From assembly GCA_963748015.1 (NCBI GenBank), contig CAVVHE010000004.1, positions 1 through 64,000 on the forward strand: DNA of 64,000 nt, read 5' to 3'. The DNA is from Terriglobia bacterium. Its GTDB lineage: Bacteria > Acidobacteriota > Polarisedimenticolia > Polarisedimenticolales > JAIQFR01. The notes under the pieces were generated by a model. That model saw nothing but the letters and a program-made list of their open reading frames with translations, was not told the origin of the DNA and made no database searches. Each line of letters begins with the position of its first letter. The stretch's first letter is position 1. Position numbers and translations under genes: made by a program. Positions 41,681 through 51,078 of the stretch are shown here, in pieces.

Positions 41681-42075
41681 AGACGCTTCCCCTGCACGCC
41701 ATCGCGCATGCCCGCTCCGGAGACAAGGGGGACGGGTCGAACGTCGGCGTTCTAGCCTACGACCGCCTCGGCTACGAGATCCTGAGGGACTACCTGACGC
41801 CGGACCGGGTGCGCTCGCACTTCCGCGGGATCGTGCGGGGAGAGGTCGAGCGGTTCGAGCTGCCCAACCTGCTCGGCCTCAATTTCATTCTGCACGACTC
41901 GCTGGGCGGGAGCGGCTCGTCGAGCTTGAGGAACGACGCGCAGGGGAAGACCCACGGGTTGGCCCTCCTGCGCATGCAGGTCGAGGTTCCCGACGACTAC
42001 GATCCTCCCGCGGTGGGCGCGGGCGGGCCTCTGGCGCCGGGCGGCGAGCTTCACGCGGAGCGAGGCAGGCGATGA
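41677..42075 (+). CDS. AtuA-related small protein (C-terminal AtuA domain)
   Basis: AHARSGDKGD.SNVGV, VERFELPNL..LNF, DAQGK. Confidence 0.85.
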   Translation: MKTLPLHAIAHARSGDKGDGSNVGVLAYDRLGYEILRDYLTPDRVRSHFRGIVRGEVERFELPNLLGLNFILHDSLGGSGSSSLRNDAQGKTHGLALLRMQVEVPDDYDPPAVGAGGPLAPGGELHAERGRR

Positions 42076-42854
42076 TCGATCTTCGGTGGGTGCGCCTCGA
42101 GAAGACCGACGACGGCATCCGTGTTCTCACGCTGGACCGTCCCCCCGTCAACGCGCTCGGGTTCGAGCTGGTCGAGGACCTCGGTCGGGCCGCGGAGCGG
42201 CTGAGGAAGGACGAGGCCGCCAGATGCCTGATCGTCCGGTCCTCCCAGCGTCATTTCTGTGCGGGCGCGGATCTCAAGGAACGCCAGGCGATGAGCGTGG
42301 ACGAGGTGCGCTCGTTCGTTACCATGCTCTCGAGCGCGGTCGGCGCGATCGCGACGCTCCCGATCCCTTCGATCGCGGCGATTCGCGGCGCGGCGGTCGG
42401 GGGAGGGTGCGAGCTGGCCCTCGCCTGCGATCTCCGCGTGGTCGCCGAGGACGCCGCGATGGGACTTCGGGAGACCGCTCTCGCGATCCTCCCCGGAGCC
42501 GGGGGCACCCAGCGCCTCTCCCGCATCGCGGGGCTCGCGCGGGCGAAGCGCTGGATCTTCACCGCCAAGGCCTACTCCGCCGCGGAGGCCCTCGCCGACG
42601 GCGTCGCCGACAAGGTCGTCGCGCCGGAGCGGCTCGACGCCGAGGCCCGGCGCCTCGCCGAGGCGATCGCGGCGAACGGGCCGGTGGCGGTCCGCCAGGC
42701 CAAGAAGGCGATCGAGGGGGGCTTCGATCTCCCGATTGCCGAAGCCCTCGCCTACGAGTGGGAGTGCTATCAGGCGGTGCTCGCGACCGACGACCGCATC
42801 GAGGCCCTCCGCGCCTTCTCCGAGAAGCGCCCGCCGCGCTTCAGGGGCCGGTAA
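42072..42854 (+). CDS. Enoyl-CoA hydratase/isomerase family protein
   Basis: FCAGADLKE, GGGCELALACDLR, PGAGGTQRL, F.EKRPP.F.GR. Confidence 0.9.
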   Translation: MIDLRWVRLEKTDDGIRVLTLDRPPVNALGFELVEDLGRAAERLRKDEAARCLIVRSSQRHFCAGADLKERQAMSVDEVRSFVTMLSSAVGAIATLPIPSIAAIRGAAVGGGCELALACDLRVVAEDAAMGLRETALAILPGAGGTQRLSRIAGLARAKRWIFTAKAYSAAEALADGVADKVVAPERLDAEARRLAEAIAANGPVAVRQAKKAIEGGFDLPIAEALAYEWECYQAVLATDDRIEALRAFSEKRPPRFRGR

Positions 42855-42888
42855 GTCGCTCGTTCGCCTTCATTCTCCGACAGGTCCA

Positions 42889-42967
42889 CGGCTCGCCCTC
42901 GGCTGAATGCGTTCTCGCCAGCCCAGAAAAGGGCTGTCTACGAACGCATCCAGCCGAGCGCGAGCCG
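42889..42967 (-). repeat. Palindromic element family B, copy 2
   Basis: 26-bp arms with 2 mismatches (42889-42914 / 42942-42967); minus-strand core GTAGACAGCCCTTTTCTGGGCTGGCGAG. Confidence 0.75.
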
Positions 42968-43040
42968 CTAGGCTTCGACCGGGCTCGGGTTCGGTTACGG
43001 GCGGAGGCACCCACCCGAGCGTGGCTGCTACAATCGTCGA

Positions 43041-44018
43041 ATGTTGCGAATCGGGGCGGTCGAGATCGAGACGCCGCTGGTGCTCGCGCCGATGGCGGGG
43101 ATCACGGACCGGCAGTTTCGCCTGGTCCTGCGCCGGATCGGCGGGGTCGGTCTCGTGACCATGGAGTTCATCTCGTCGGAAGGGCTGACGCGCGGCCACG
43201 AGCACCCGCGCTCGCTGATGCGATTTTGCGAGGAGGAGCGGCCGATCTCCATCCAGATCTACGGCTCGAGCCCGGGGAGGATGGCGGAGGCGGCGAGGAT
43301 GGTCGAGGAGCTCGGCGCGGACGTCTGCGACGTCAACATGGGGTGCCCCGCGAACAAGGTCCTCAAGGGATGCGCGGGCTGCGGACTCATGGGGGACCTC
43401 GAGCTCGCGGCCCGGATCGTCGCGGCGGTCCGCGGGGCGATCCGGATCCCGCTGACGGTGAAGTTCCGGGCGGGACTCCAGGAGGACCGCCTGAACTTCG
43501 TCGAGCTCGGCCGCATCTGCGAGGCGGAAGGCGTGAACGCCGTCGCGCTGCATCCCCGGACCGCCAAGCAGATGTTCCGTGGAGCCGCGGACTGGAGCCG
43601 GATCGCGCGCCTCAAGGAGGCGCTCTCGATACCGGTGGTCGGAAACGGCGACGTGCACGGCGCGGCCGACGCGGTCCGGATGCTCCGGGAGACCGGGTGC
43701 GACGCCGTCATGATCGGGCGCGCGTCCATGAAGAACCCCTGGATCTACCGGCAGGCGGGAGATCTGCTCGCCGGAAGGACCCCCGCGGAGCCGACCCTCG
43801 AAGACCGCCGGGAGCTGATCCTCGGCCACTTCCGCCTCCTGACCGAACAGGAGGAGCCTGTTCTGGCACTCCACAAGCTGCGCACCTTCACCGGGTGGTA
43901 CACGCACGGCCTCCCCGGTGGCCGGCACTTGCGAACGCGCATCAGCTCGCTCCATTCCGCCGGTGCATTCCTCGAGGCGGTCGAGGAGTTCTTCATCGAG
44001 GCGCGCGCCGCGGCGTGA
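43041..44018 (+). CDS. dusB: tRNA-dihydrouridine synthase B
   Basis: LAPMAGITD, NMGCP, TVKFR.G, HPRT, GNGDV, MIGR. Confidence 0.88.
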   Translation: MLRIGAVEIETPLVLAPMAGITDRQFRLVLRRIGGVGLVTMEFISSEGLTRGHEHPRSLMRFCEEERPISIQIYGSSPGRMAEAARMVEELGADVCDVNMGCPANKVLKGCAGCGLMGDLELAARIVAAVRGAIRIPLTVKFRAGLQEDRLNFVELGRICEAEGVNAVALHPRTAKQMFRGAADWSRIARLKEALSIPVVGNGDVHGAADAVRMLRETGCDAVMIGRASMKNPWIYRQAGDLLAGRTPAEPTLEDRRELILGHFRLLTEQEEPVLALHKLRTFTGWYTHGLPGGRHLRTRISSLHSAGAFLEAVEEFFIEARAAA

Positions 44019-44110
44019 CCGCTCCCGCTTGCGAGCACGGCTTCTCCTGACGACGCTGTTCGTATATTCTATTTTCCCGATGGGGTAACTCGGGGTATCG
44101 GCGACCCAAC

Positions 44111-44566
44111 ATGAAAGTCTCGAAAAAGGGCGAGTACGGAGTCCGCGCGCTGTGCCATCTCGCGGAGAGGCACGGCGAGGGGGTCGTCCAGATTCGCGAG
44201 ATCGCCCGGCTCGAGTCGATTCCCTGGAAGTTCCTCGAGGGCATCCTCCTGCAGCTGAAGTCCGCGGGAATCGTCAGGAGCCGGCGGGGCATCGACGGGG
44301 GGTACGCCCTCGCGAGGCCTCCGAACGAGATCGCTATGGGCGAGGTCATCCGGCTCCTCGACGGGCCGCTCGCTCCGATGGGGAGCGCCGCCGAGTTGCG
44401 AGAGCTGATGCAACGGAGCCCTCGCCACGCCGGCTTCTACGAGGTCCTGATGGACGTGAGGAACGCAGCCGCCGCGATCCTCGATCGCACGACCTTGCAG
44501 GACGTCGTGGAGCGCAACGAGCGGTTCCGGCAGCGGGCCTCGGGACGCCAGTCGCTCGACGTTTGA
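44111..44566 (+). CDS. Rrf2 family transcriptional regulator
   Basis: YGVRAL, KFLEGIL..LK.AGIV.S.RG..GGY.LARPP..I..GEVIR.LDGPLAP. Confidence 0.9.
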   Translation: MKVSKKGEYGVRALCHLAERHGEGVVQIREIARLESIPWKFLEGILLQLKSAGIVRSRRGIDGGYALARPPNEIAMGEVIRLLDGPLAPMGSAAELRELMQRSPRHAGFYEVLMDVRNAAAAILDRTTLQDVVERNERFRQRASGRQSLDV

Positions 44567-44617
44567 CACCCGCGCGCGGCGGAGTGTAGGGTTTCCTCTT
44601 TACCCGAGGAGACCCGC

Positions 44618-45799
44618 ATGAACCTCTCCGCGATCCAGCAGTCCCTTCGCAAGGCCGGCGTCGACGGCTGGCTATTCTGCGACTTCCACCACCGCGATCT
44701 CATGGCCTACCGGATCCTCGGCCTCGACACCGCCGGCTTCACGTCGCGCCGCTGGTTCTACTTCGTTCCCACCGACGGCGAGCCGGTGAAGCTCTCGCAC
44801 CGGGTGGAGCCGCGGAAGCTCGACCCGCTGCCGGGCCGGCAGGAGTTCTTCCTGGCGTGGACCGAGCTGCACGAGCAGCTCCGCGCGGCGCTGGGCGGGC
44901 CGAAGCGGATCGCGATGCAGTACTCGCCGTTGAACGCGATCCCGTACGTCTCGGTCGTGGACGCGGGCACGGTCGAGCTGGTCCGCTCGTTCGGCCACGA
45001 GGTCGTGTCGTCCGCCGACCTCGTCCAGGAGTTCGAGGCGGTGATCGACGACGCGGGGTACCGGAGCCACGTCGAGGCGGGGGAGTGGGTCCAGCAAGTC
45101 AAGGACGAGGCGTTCGCGATGATGGGCGACGCCCTCCGCGCGGGGAAGAAGGTGACCGAGTTCGAGGTGAAGGAGCACGTGCTGGCCCGTTTCGAGGCCC
45201 TCGGGGTGACCTGCGAGACGGAGACGCCGATCATCGGGTTCAACGACCATCCCTCGGATCCTCACTTCGAGCCGAAACAGGCCAACACGTACACCCTCAA
45301 GTACGGCGACACGATCCTCGTGGACGTGTGGGCGCGGCGGAAGGACCCGGTCGGGATTTACTACGACATCACCTGGTGCGGCTTCGCCGGGAAGGAGCCG
45401 CCGGCGCAGTACGTCGAGATCTTCGGCGTGGTCCGCGACGCCCGCGACGCGGCGCTCGAGTTCGTTCGCCAGCGGTACGCCGCGGGGAAGCCCGTCCACG
45501 GCTGGGAAGTGGACGACGCCTGCCGCAACGTCGTGGTCGCCGCCGGGTACGGGAAGCAGTTCCTCCACCGGACCGGCCACAGCATCGGCATCAAGGTCCA
45601 CGGGAACGGCGTGAACATCGACAACCTCGAGACGCGCGACGAGCGCCTGCTCGTGCCCGGTATCTGCTTTTCGGTCGAGCCCGGGATCTACCTGGCGGGG
45701 AAGATGGCGGTCCGGAGCGAGATCGACGTGTTCATCACGCCGGCCGGGAAGGTCGAGGTGTCGGGCCCGATGCAGAAGGAGCTGGTCCTGGTCGGGTGA
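44618..45799 (+). CDS. M24 family (Xaa-Pro) metallopeptidase
   Basis: DPHFEP, DITW, HRTGHSIG, FSVEPGIY, VRSE. Confidence 0.88.
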   Translation: MNLSAIQQSLRKAGVDGWLFCDFHHRDLMAYRILGLDTAGFTSRRWFYFVPTDGEPVKLSHRVEPRKLDPLPGRQEFFLAWTELHEQLRAALGGPKRIAMQYSPLNAIPYVSVVDAGTVELVRSFGHEVVSSADLVQEFEAVIDDAGYRSHVEAGEWVQQVKDEAFAMMGDALRAGKKVTEFEVKEHVLARFEALGVTCETETPIIGFNDHPSDPHFEPKQANTYTLKYGDTILVDVWARRKDPVGIYYDITWCGFAGKEPPAQYVEIFGVVRDARDAALEFVRQRYAAGKPVHGWEVDDACRNVVVAAGYGKQFLHRTGHSIGIKVHGNGVNIDNLETRDERLLVPGICFSVEPGIYLAGKMAVRSEIDVFITPAGKVEVSGPMQKELVLVG

Positions 45800-45820
45800 C
45801 GGGGCGCCGCGGACCGCGGG

Positions 45821-46441
45821 TCAGCCGAGAAGCAGGCCCCTTGCCCCGGTCCAGAGCTCGTAGCAGGCGAAGCCGAGCAGGGCGATCGCCGAGGCGCCGA
45901 CGAGAGCCCGGCAGATTCGAGGCCCCAGATTCCTCGCGGCCGAGAAGAGAACGATGATCCCGGCGGTCACGAGGATCATCGTGACGTAGAAGCCGAGGAT
46001 CAGGGCCAGCCCGTTGGCGGGGGTTTCCCGCCAGCCCTTGAGGAGCAGGGGGCCGAGGACCAGGCTCCATCCGAGATAGGGATTCGGGTTGAGCAGGTTC
46101 ACCAGGGCCGCGCTGAGCACGGTCTTCCGGCTGGCCCCGGTTTCGTCGGTGCTTGCCTCCCGGCTCTTCCGCCAGGACCCGAACGCGCCCCAAGCCAGGT
46201 AGAGAAGGAACGCCCCGCCGGCGCAGCGCAGCGCTGGTTCGAACCCGGGGGGCACCTGGGTCAGGACGAGGAGCGCGAGAACGATGATCGGGCCGTCGCT
46301 GACGAGTGGGGCCAGGGCGGCGGGCAGCGTGCGGCGCCAGCCCTGGCTCACCGCCCTCGAGATCAGGAAGGTCTGGAACGGTCCGGGTTGCGCTGCGGCC
46401 GCGAAGGCATAGGTGGCCCCGAGGAGCAGGTACGCGATCAC
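45821..46441 (-). CDS. LysE family translocator
   Basis: QPGPFQ, GGAFLLYLAW, VNLLNPNPY. Confidence 0.85.
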   Translation of the reverse strand: MIAYLLLGATYAFAAAAQPGPFQTFLISRAVSQGWRRTLPAALAPLVSDGPIIVLALLVLTQVPPGFEPALRCAGGAFLLYLAWGAFGSWRKSREASTDETGASRKTVLSAALVNLLNPNPYLGWSLVLGPLLLKGWRETPANGLALILGFYVTMILVTAGIIVLFSAARNLGPRICRALVGASAIALLGFACYELWTGARGLLLG

Positions 46442-47097
46442 CGCGCGTCCTCGACACGGCTCGCGAGCCGTTCCGCTCCCTCGCGCACGGCCTCGGCCGC
46501 CTCCTGGATCTTCCCCGGGAACAGGTGGGAGGCGCCGGGGATCACGATCAGCTCGACGGGCGCCTTGGCGCGGTCGAGCACCGCGCGAACCTCCTCGGGA
46601 GTCCCGAACTCGTCCTCGCTTCCCTGGACGACCGCCAGCGGGCGATCGAGTCTCGCGAGCTCCTCGAAGCCGTAGGCGCGCACCGGGAGTCCTATGGCGA
46701 CGACCGCCGAGACGGAGGGGTCGGCGACCGCCTCGCGGATCGCGCACCACGAGCCGAAGGAGTAACCGATCGCGAGGAGCGGGACGTCGGGCGCGACGCC
46801 GCGCAGCCAGGAAAGCGCGGCGGCCACGTCGCCGACCTCGCCGCGGCCGTCGTCGTGAGGGCCGTCGCTCGTCCCGACCCCGCGGAAGTTGAATCGCAGC
46901 GTGGTCCATCCCGCCCGGTGCAGCTCGCGATCCGCGTGGAAGACCACGGGGTTGTGGAGCGTCCCTCCGTGCAGCGGGTGAGGGTGCGCGAGCACCGCCG
47001 CGGCGCGCGCGGCCGGCGCGACCCTCAGCGCGCACTCGAGCCGCCCCGCCGGTCCCTCGATCCAGAGCTTTCGCACCTCGGCCACTTCTTCCTCCAT
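46438..47097 (-). CDS. Alpha/beta hydrolase
   Basis: HPHPLHGGTLHN, RFNFRGVG.S.G, GYSFGS, QGSEDE, HLF. Confidence 0.9.
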   Translation of the reverse strand: MEEEVAEVRKLWIEGPAGRLECALRVAPAARAAAVLAHPHPLHGGTLHNPVVFHADRELHRAGWTTLRFNFRGVGTSDGPHDDGRGEVGDVAAALSWLRGVAPDVPLLAIGYSFGSWCAIREAVADPSVSAVVAIGLPVRAYGFEELARLDRPLAVVQGSEDEFGTPEEVRAVLDRAKAPVELIVIPGASHLFPGKIQEAAEAVREGAERLASRVEDAR

Positions 47098-47189
47098 GGG
47101 CGAACACTTCCCGGTCGTCCGACAGTCTAGTGCCCCGTGGTCGTGGTTCGCATCTCGGTTGAATCGCCTCGAACGGCTGCTTGGTCGCA

Positions 47190-47384
47190 CACCGGCGGAG
47201 GTCCGCAGAGCATCCCGCGGCGACCTCCCTCGGCGACGACCCGCATCGGGCGCGCGAGGGGTCGAGCAAGCGCGATGGCGCGGACCCTAGCGCCATCGCG
47301 CTCGACCCCTCGCGCGCCCGTGCAGGGGTCCCCGTCGCCTCGGGCATTGTCGCCGCGGGATGGTCCACGGCCCCTCCGCCGGTG
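47190..47384 (+). repeat. Palindromic element family A, copy 1
   Basis: 130-bp core 47222-47351 (GACCTCCCTCGGCGACGACCCGCATCGG...CCGTGCAGGGGTCCCCGTCGCCTCGGGCATTGTC) with copy-specific paired arms. Confidence 0.9.
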
Positions 47385-47463
47385 GGAGCGTTGCCCTTGC
47401 GCAATTGAACTGCTCGACGGCGGAAGGAGGAGGCGCGATCGTGGAGATGTCGTCACAGCCCGA

Positions 47464-47985
47464 GTGGAGACCGCCACGAATTCCCATCGCGACACTCCCC
47501 GATCATCGAGGCGCTGGCTCGCCGGCGCGGTGTGGCTGGCGGTGTGGATTCTTGTCCTCTGGACCTTCGCCGCTCCCTGGCGGAATCTCGGCGGGCTGGT
47601 GGACGAGAGGCTCCGGTGGCTCGAGGACGTGGCGTTGTTCTCCGCGCTGTCGCTGGGGCTCACGGTCGGGGGGCTCGGGCGGGACGCGGCCGAGTCGGGC
47701 CCGGGGTGGACGCACCTCCGACTGCTGCGGCGAGCGCTCTATCCGATGGGCGTGACGGCGGCCGTGGCGCTCGTGGTGCTCCAAGCGCTCGGGCTGCGCG
47801 ACGTTGCGGGCGTCGTCGTCACGGCGCTCCTGGCCTACTGGGCCGGGCTGGACCTGGCGTTCGGCGCGTTCCCCCTCATGGCGGGGCGTAGCTACCGCTT
47901 CGAGCGGCCGCTCGATCCGCCGCCGCTCGAGGCGCGACGAGACGACCGAGGTGCTTCCTGGGTCCCGCCGTGGGAGCGCTTCTGA
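47464..47985 (+). CDS. Hypothetical membrane protein (about 4 TM); start uncertain
   Basis: Several hydrophobic helices (WLAGAVWLAVWILVLW, VALFSALSLGLTVG, AGVVVTALLAYWAG). Confidence 0.55.
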   Translation: METATNSHRDTPRSSRRWLAGAVWLAVWILVLWTFAAPWRNLGGLVDERLRWLEDVALFSALSLGLTVGGLGRDAAESGPGWTHLRLLRRALYPMGVTAAVALVVLQALGLRDVAGVVVTALLAYWAGLDLAFGAFPLMAGRSYRFERPLDPPPLEARRDDRGASWVPPWERF

Positions 47986-49076
47986 CTCGCCGCAGCGCCT
48001 GGCTCGGCTGCGACGATCCCGGCGATCCGCAGGATCTTTCTCGTTGCGCCTGAAATCGCAACCGATCCGAGATCTCCCGGACGCGCCCAGCGGGCGCCGT
48101 CCGGCGGGGTCGCCGAACTCCCGATCTCGACGGCGCAGAAGATCGAGAGCAGGAGCCTCCGCCGCAGGATCGAGTGGGGCACCACGTCGAGCTCGTCGCT
48201 CATCTCCACGGTCAGGCCCTGGCGAGCCAGGAACGCCCGGAGGCACTCGCCAGAGTCCCGTCCGTGCGGTACCACGACCGATGGAAGGTCCCACGATCCG
48301 CGTAGCGGAGTCTCGGGGCCTCGCTTCGACAGCAGGATGCGCCCGTGACGGCGTATCACCGCGACCGCCACCTTCACGGTAACGGTCCGGGCCGCCCGGC
48401 GCGCGGACGGGTAGTTCTCGGGATCGCCGGCGGCGCGCGCGCGGCAGGCGGCGCTCGCGGGGCAGGCATCGCAGCGCGGGCTCCGCGGCGTGCACACCAG
48501 CGCGCCCAGCTCCATCAGCGACTGGTTCAGATCGCCGGGAGACGCGCCGCGCACGAGGTCGCGGGCTACGCTCCAGAGGTGGCGTTCCTCGGCCGCGCCG
48601 GATCCTCGCCTTGCCAGAAGACGAGACAGGACGCGGCGGACGTTGCCGTCGAGCACCGGCTCTGGGCGCCCGAACGCCACGCTGGCGATCGCGCCCGCGG
48701 TGTACCGGCCGATGCCCGGAAGGGCGAGCAGCGCCTCCGGGTCGTCGGGAACGCGGCCGCCGTGGCGCTCGACCACGACGCGCGCTCCGGCCTGAAGCGA
48801 GCGGGCGCGACGGTAGTACCCCAGGCCGCTCCACGCCCCGAGCACTGCCTCCTCCGGCGCCTGGGCCAGCTCGGCGACGCCGGGAAACGCCGCAAGGAAC
48901 CTCTCGTAGTACGGCAGCACGGTGGCGACCTGCGTCTGCTGGAGCATCGCCTCCGACACCCAGATCGCGTACGGGTCGCGCGTCCGCCGCCACGGCAGGT
49001 CCCGCCGGTTCGCGCGGTACCAGCGAAGAAGCGCGCGCCGGACGCTCGGAACGGGGAGCTCCGGGCTATCGGGCAT
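47892..49076 (-). CDS. mutY: A/G-specific adenine glycosylase
   Basis: RDLPWR, SE.MLQQT, W.GLGYY.RA, LPGIGRYTA, DGNVRRV, CTPRSPRCDACPASAAC. Confidence 0.93.
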   Translation of the reverse strand: MPDSPELPVPSVRRALLRWYRANRRDLPWRRTRDPYAIWVSEAMLQQTQVATVLPYYERFLAAFPGVAELAQAPEEAVLGAWSGLGYYRRARSLQAGARVVVERHGGRVPDDPEALLALPGIGRYTAGAIASVAFGRPEPVLDGNVRRVLSRLLARRGSGAAEERHLWSVARDLVRGASPGDLNQSLMELGALVCTPRSPRCDACPASAACRARAAGDPENYPSARRAARTVTVKVAVAVIRRHGRILLSKRGPETPLRGSWDLPSVVVPHGRDSGECLRAFLARQGLTVEMSDELDVVPHSILRRRLLLSIFCAVEIGSSATPPDGARWARPGDLGSVAISGATRKILRIAGIVAAEPGAAASQKRSHGGTQEAPRSSRRASSGGGSSGRSKR

Positions 49077-49866
49077 CGCGTGGAGATTCCCGACCGAAGC
49101 GCCGTGCGACGAGCCTGCGCATGGCTTCCGGATCATCCGTGAAGATGCCGTCGGCGCCCGCCGCGATCAGCGCTTCGAGCTCCCGGGCGCGGTTCACGAC
49201 GTAGGCGATCACCTCGAGCCCTGCCGCGTGCGCCCTCGCCACGAACCGGGGGGTGCAGAGCCGGCGGTCGGGGTGGAGCGCGCCGGCGCCGATCTCCCGC
49301 GCCGCGGCGACGGGGTCGCCTCGCCGCCACCTCGGGACGGTCAGGGCGAGCGGAACGCGCGGCGCTCGCCCGGCGGCGGCGGCGAGCAGCGGCCAGCAGG
49401 ACGACGAGACGGCGACGCCTCCCGGGCGCTCGTGGCGCCGCAGCGCCGCGAGCACTTTTTCGAGAAGATCAAGGTCGTCCGGATGCGCCGCGCCGCGCCC
49501 GGCGCGGTGGTGGGCCTTGAGCTCGACGATCACGGGCACGCGGCCGCGCACGAGCGCCAAGGCGCCGTCGAGGTCCAGTAGACGCTCCCCCGCGAAACGC
49601 CTCGAGAACCAGGAGCCCGCGTCGAGGCCCGATAGCTCGAGCCAGGTGCGATCGGCGAGCCTCCCGCGCCCGCTCGTCGTCCGGTCGAGCGTTGCGTCGT
49701 GGAGGACGACGACGTGCCCGTCCTTGGTCCGGCCGACGTCCAGCTCGATCGCGTCGGCGCCCGCATCTAGCGCCGAGCCGAAGCTCGCGGCGGTGTTCTC
49801 CGGAGCCCCGGCCGAAGCGCCCCGGTGGCCGACGATGCAGGGAGGCCTGCCGGCTCCGGCGGTCAT
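49066..49866 (-). CDS. Glycerophosphodiester phosphodiesterase family
   Basis: GHRGAS..APENT, IELDV..TKDG..VVLHD.TLDRT, GIFTDDP. Confidence 0.9.
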   Translation of the reverse strand: MTAGAGRPPCIVGHRGASAGAPENTAASFGSALDAGADAIELDVGRTKDGHVVVLHDATLDRTTSGRGRLADRTWLELSGLDAGSWFSRRFAGERLLDLDGALALVRGRVPVIVELKAHHRAGRGAAHPDDLDLLEKVLAALRRHERPGGVAVSSSCWPLLAAAAGRAPRVPLALTVPRWRRGDPVAAAREIGAGALHPDRRLCTPRFVARAHAAGLEVIAYVVNRARELEALIAAGADGIFTDDPEAMRRLVARRFGRESPRDAR

Positions 49867-49870
49867 CCCG

Positions 49871-50191
49871 TTACCGCATGTGGGGCAGGCGCAGGTCCTC
49901 GACCGGCCGGCCGCCGACGAGGTGCTCCTCGACGATCCGGTCCACGTCCTCGACGCGGACGTGCCCGTACCAGACCGCCTCCGGGTAGACCACGACGGTG
50001 ACCCCCTGGGCGCACTGGCCGAGGCATCCCGCGGAGTTGACCCTGACGCGCCCGACGAGGCCGGCCATGGCCACGGCGTCCTTGAGGCGGGCGCGCACCT
50101 CTCTGCCTCCCTTCGCGGAGCAACACCCCTTCGGGTTGTCGGGAGGCCGCTCGTTCTCGCAGACGAACACGTGTCGCTCGTAAATGGGCAT
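49871..50191 (-). CDS. Thioredoxin-like [2Fe-2S] ferredoxin
   Basis: HVFVC.N.R...NPKGCC, AGCLGQCAQG..VVVYPEAVWY. Confidence 0.9.
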   Translation of the reverse strand: MPIYERHVFVCENERPPDNPKGCCSAKGGREVRARLKDAVAMAGLVGRVRVNSAGCLGQCAQGVTVVVYPEAVWYGHVRVEDVDRIVEEHLVGGRPVEDLRLPHMR

Positions 50192-50317
50192 GGGGCGATT
50201 ATAGCGTGGGCGGGGCGGCTCGCCGGAGAAGGCGGCCAAGCGGCCGTATGCTACGATGCGGCGCTCGAATGCGATCCGCGCGGGCACGGTCCCGCGCTGG
50301 AACGGGGAGACGAACAG

Positions 50318-50518
50318 ATGGCCTCGAAGAACGTGGAGCAGCTCAAGACGAAGACCGCCGCGCTCAAGAAGAAGCTCGCGGCGAAGGGCGGGTCCCTGGA
50401 GGGAACCGGCCTCAGGGATCTCAAGAAGAAGATCCGCCGGGTACAGCGGAAGCGCCGCCGCCTCGAGTCCGACGCGGCCCGGATCGCCAAGGCCGGGAAG
50501 AAGAAGAAGGCGGAGTAA
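50318..50518 (+). CDS. Small highly basic protein (66 aa)
   Basis: RBS GGGGAGA, ATG, strong AAG/GC3 codon use; MASKNVEQLKTK...GKKKKAE; 24 of 66 residues are K/R. Confidence 0.7.
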   Translation: MASKNVEQLKTKTAALKKKLAAKGGSLEGTGLRDLKKKIRRVQRKRRRLESDAARIAKAGKKKKAE

Positions 50519-50526
50519 ACCCGCCC

Positions 50527-51054
50527 GTGAGACCTTGGCGCCGGCTCGGCTCCGAGCGGCTCCAGCGCTGCACGGTCTTCGACCTGGACCGGGTCCGGTT
50601 CGAGCCGCCCGAGGGGCCGGCGAGGGACTTCTGGGTCGTCGAGGCCCCCGACTGGATCAACGTCATCCCGCTCACCGACGACGGCCGGGTCGTGCTGGTC
50701 AAGCAGTACCGTTTCGGCATCGAGGGGTTCACCCTCGAGATCCCCGGCGGCATGTGCGACGCCGCCGAGCCCCCGCTCGACGCGGCGCGCCGCGAGCTTC
50801 GCGAGGAGACCGGCTACGAGGCCCGGGAGCTCGTTCCCCTCGGCTGGGTGCATCCCAACCCCGCCGTCCAGACCAACCGCTGCCACACGTACCTTGCCCT
50901 CGGCGCGCGTCCGGCAGGCGAGCCCAGCCCCGACGAGGACGAGGCGTTCGAGGTCTCCACCGTCCCTCTCGACCGCATTCCCGCCCTGATCCGCGACGGC
51001 ACGATCACCCACTCGCTGGTGATCGCCGCCTTCCACCTGCTCTCGCTGCGCTGA
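50527..51054 (+). CDS. NUDIX hydrolase (ADP-ribose pyrophosphatase-like)
   Basis: QYRFG....TLEIPGG.......LDAARRELREETGY Nudix box. Confidence 0.88.
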   Translation: MRPWRRLGSERLQRCTVFDLDRVRFEPPEGPARDFWVVEAPDWINVIPLTDDGRVVLVKQYRFGIEGFTLEIPGGMCDAAEPPLDAARRELREETGYEARELVPLGWVHPNPAVQTNRCHTYLALGARPAGEPSPDEDEAFEVSTVPLDRIPALIRDGTITHSLVIAAFHLLSLR

Positions 51055-51078
51055 GGTCCCCGCTACCCGTGCGAGGCG

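Noticed and set aside
40313..42854. AtuA, small AtuA-like and enoyl-CoA hydratase genes as a novel system
   Set aside because: A familiar, widespread arrangement in acyl-CoA catabolic loci.
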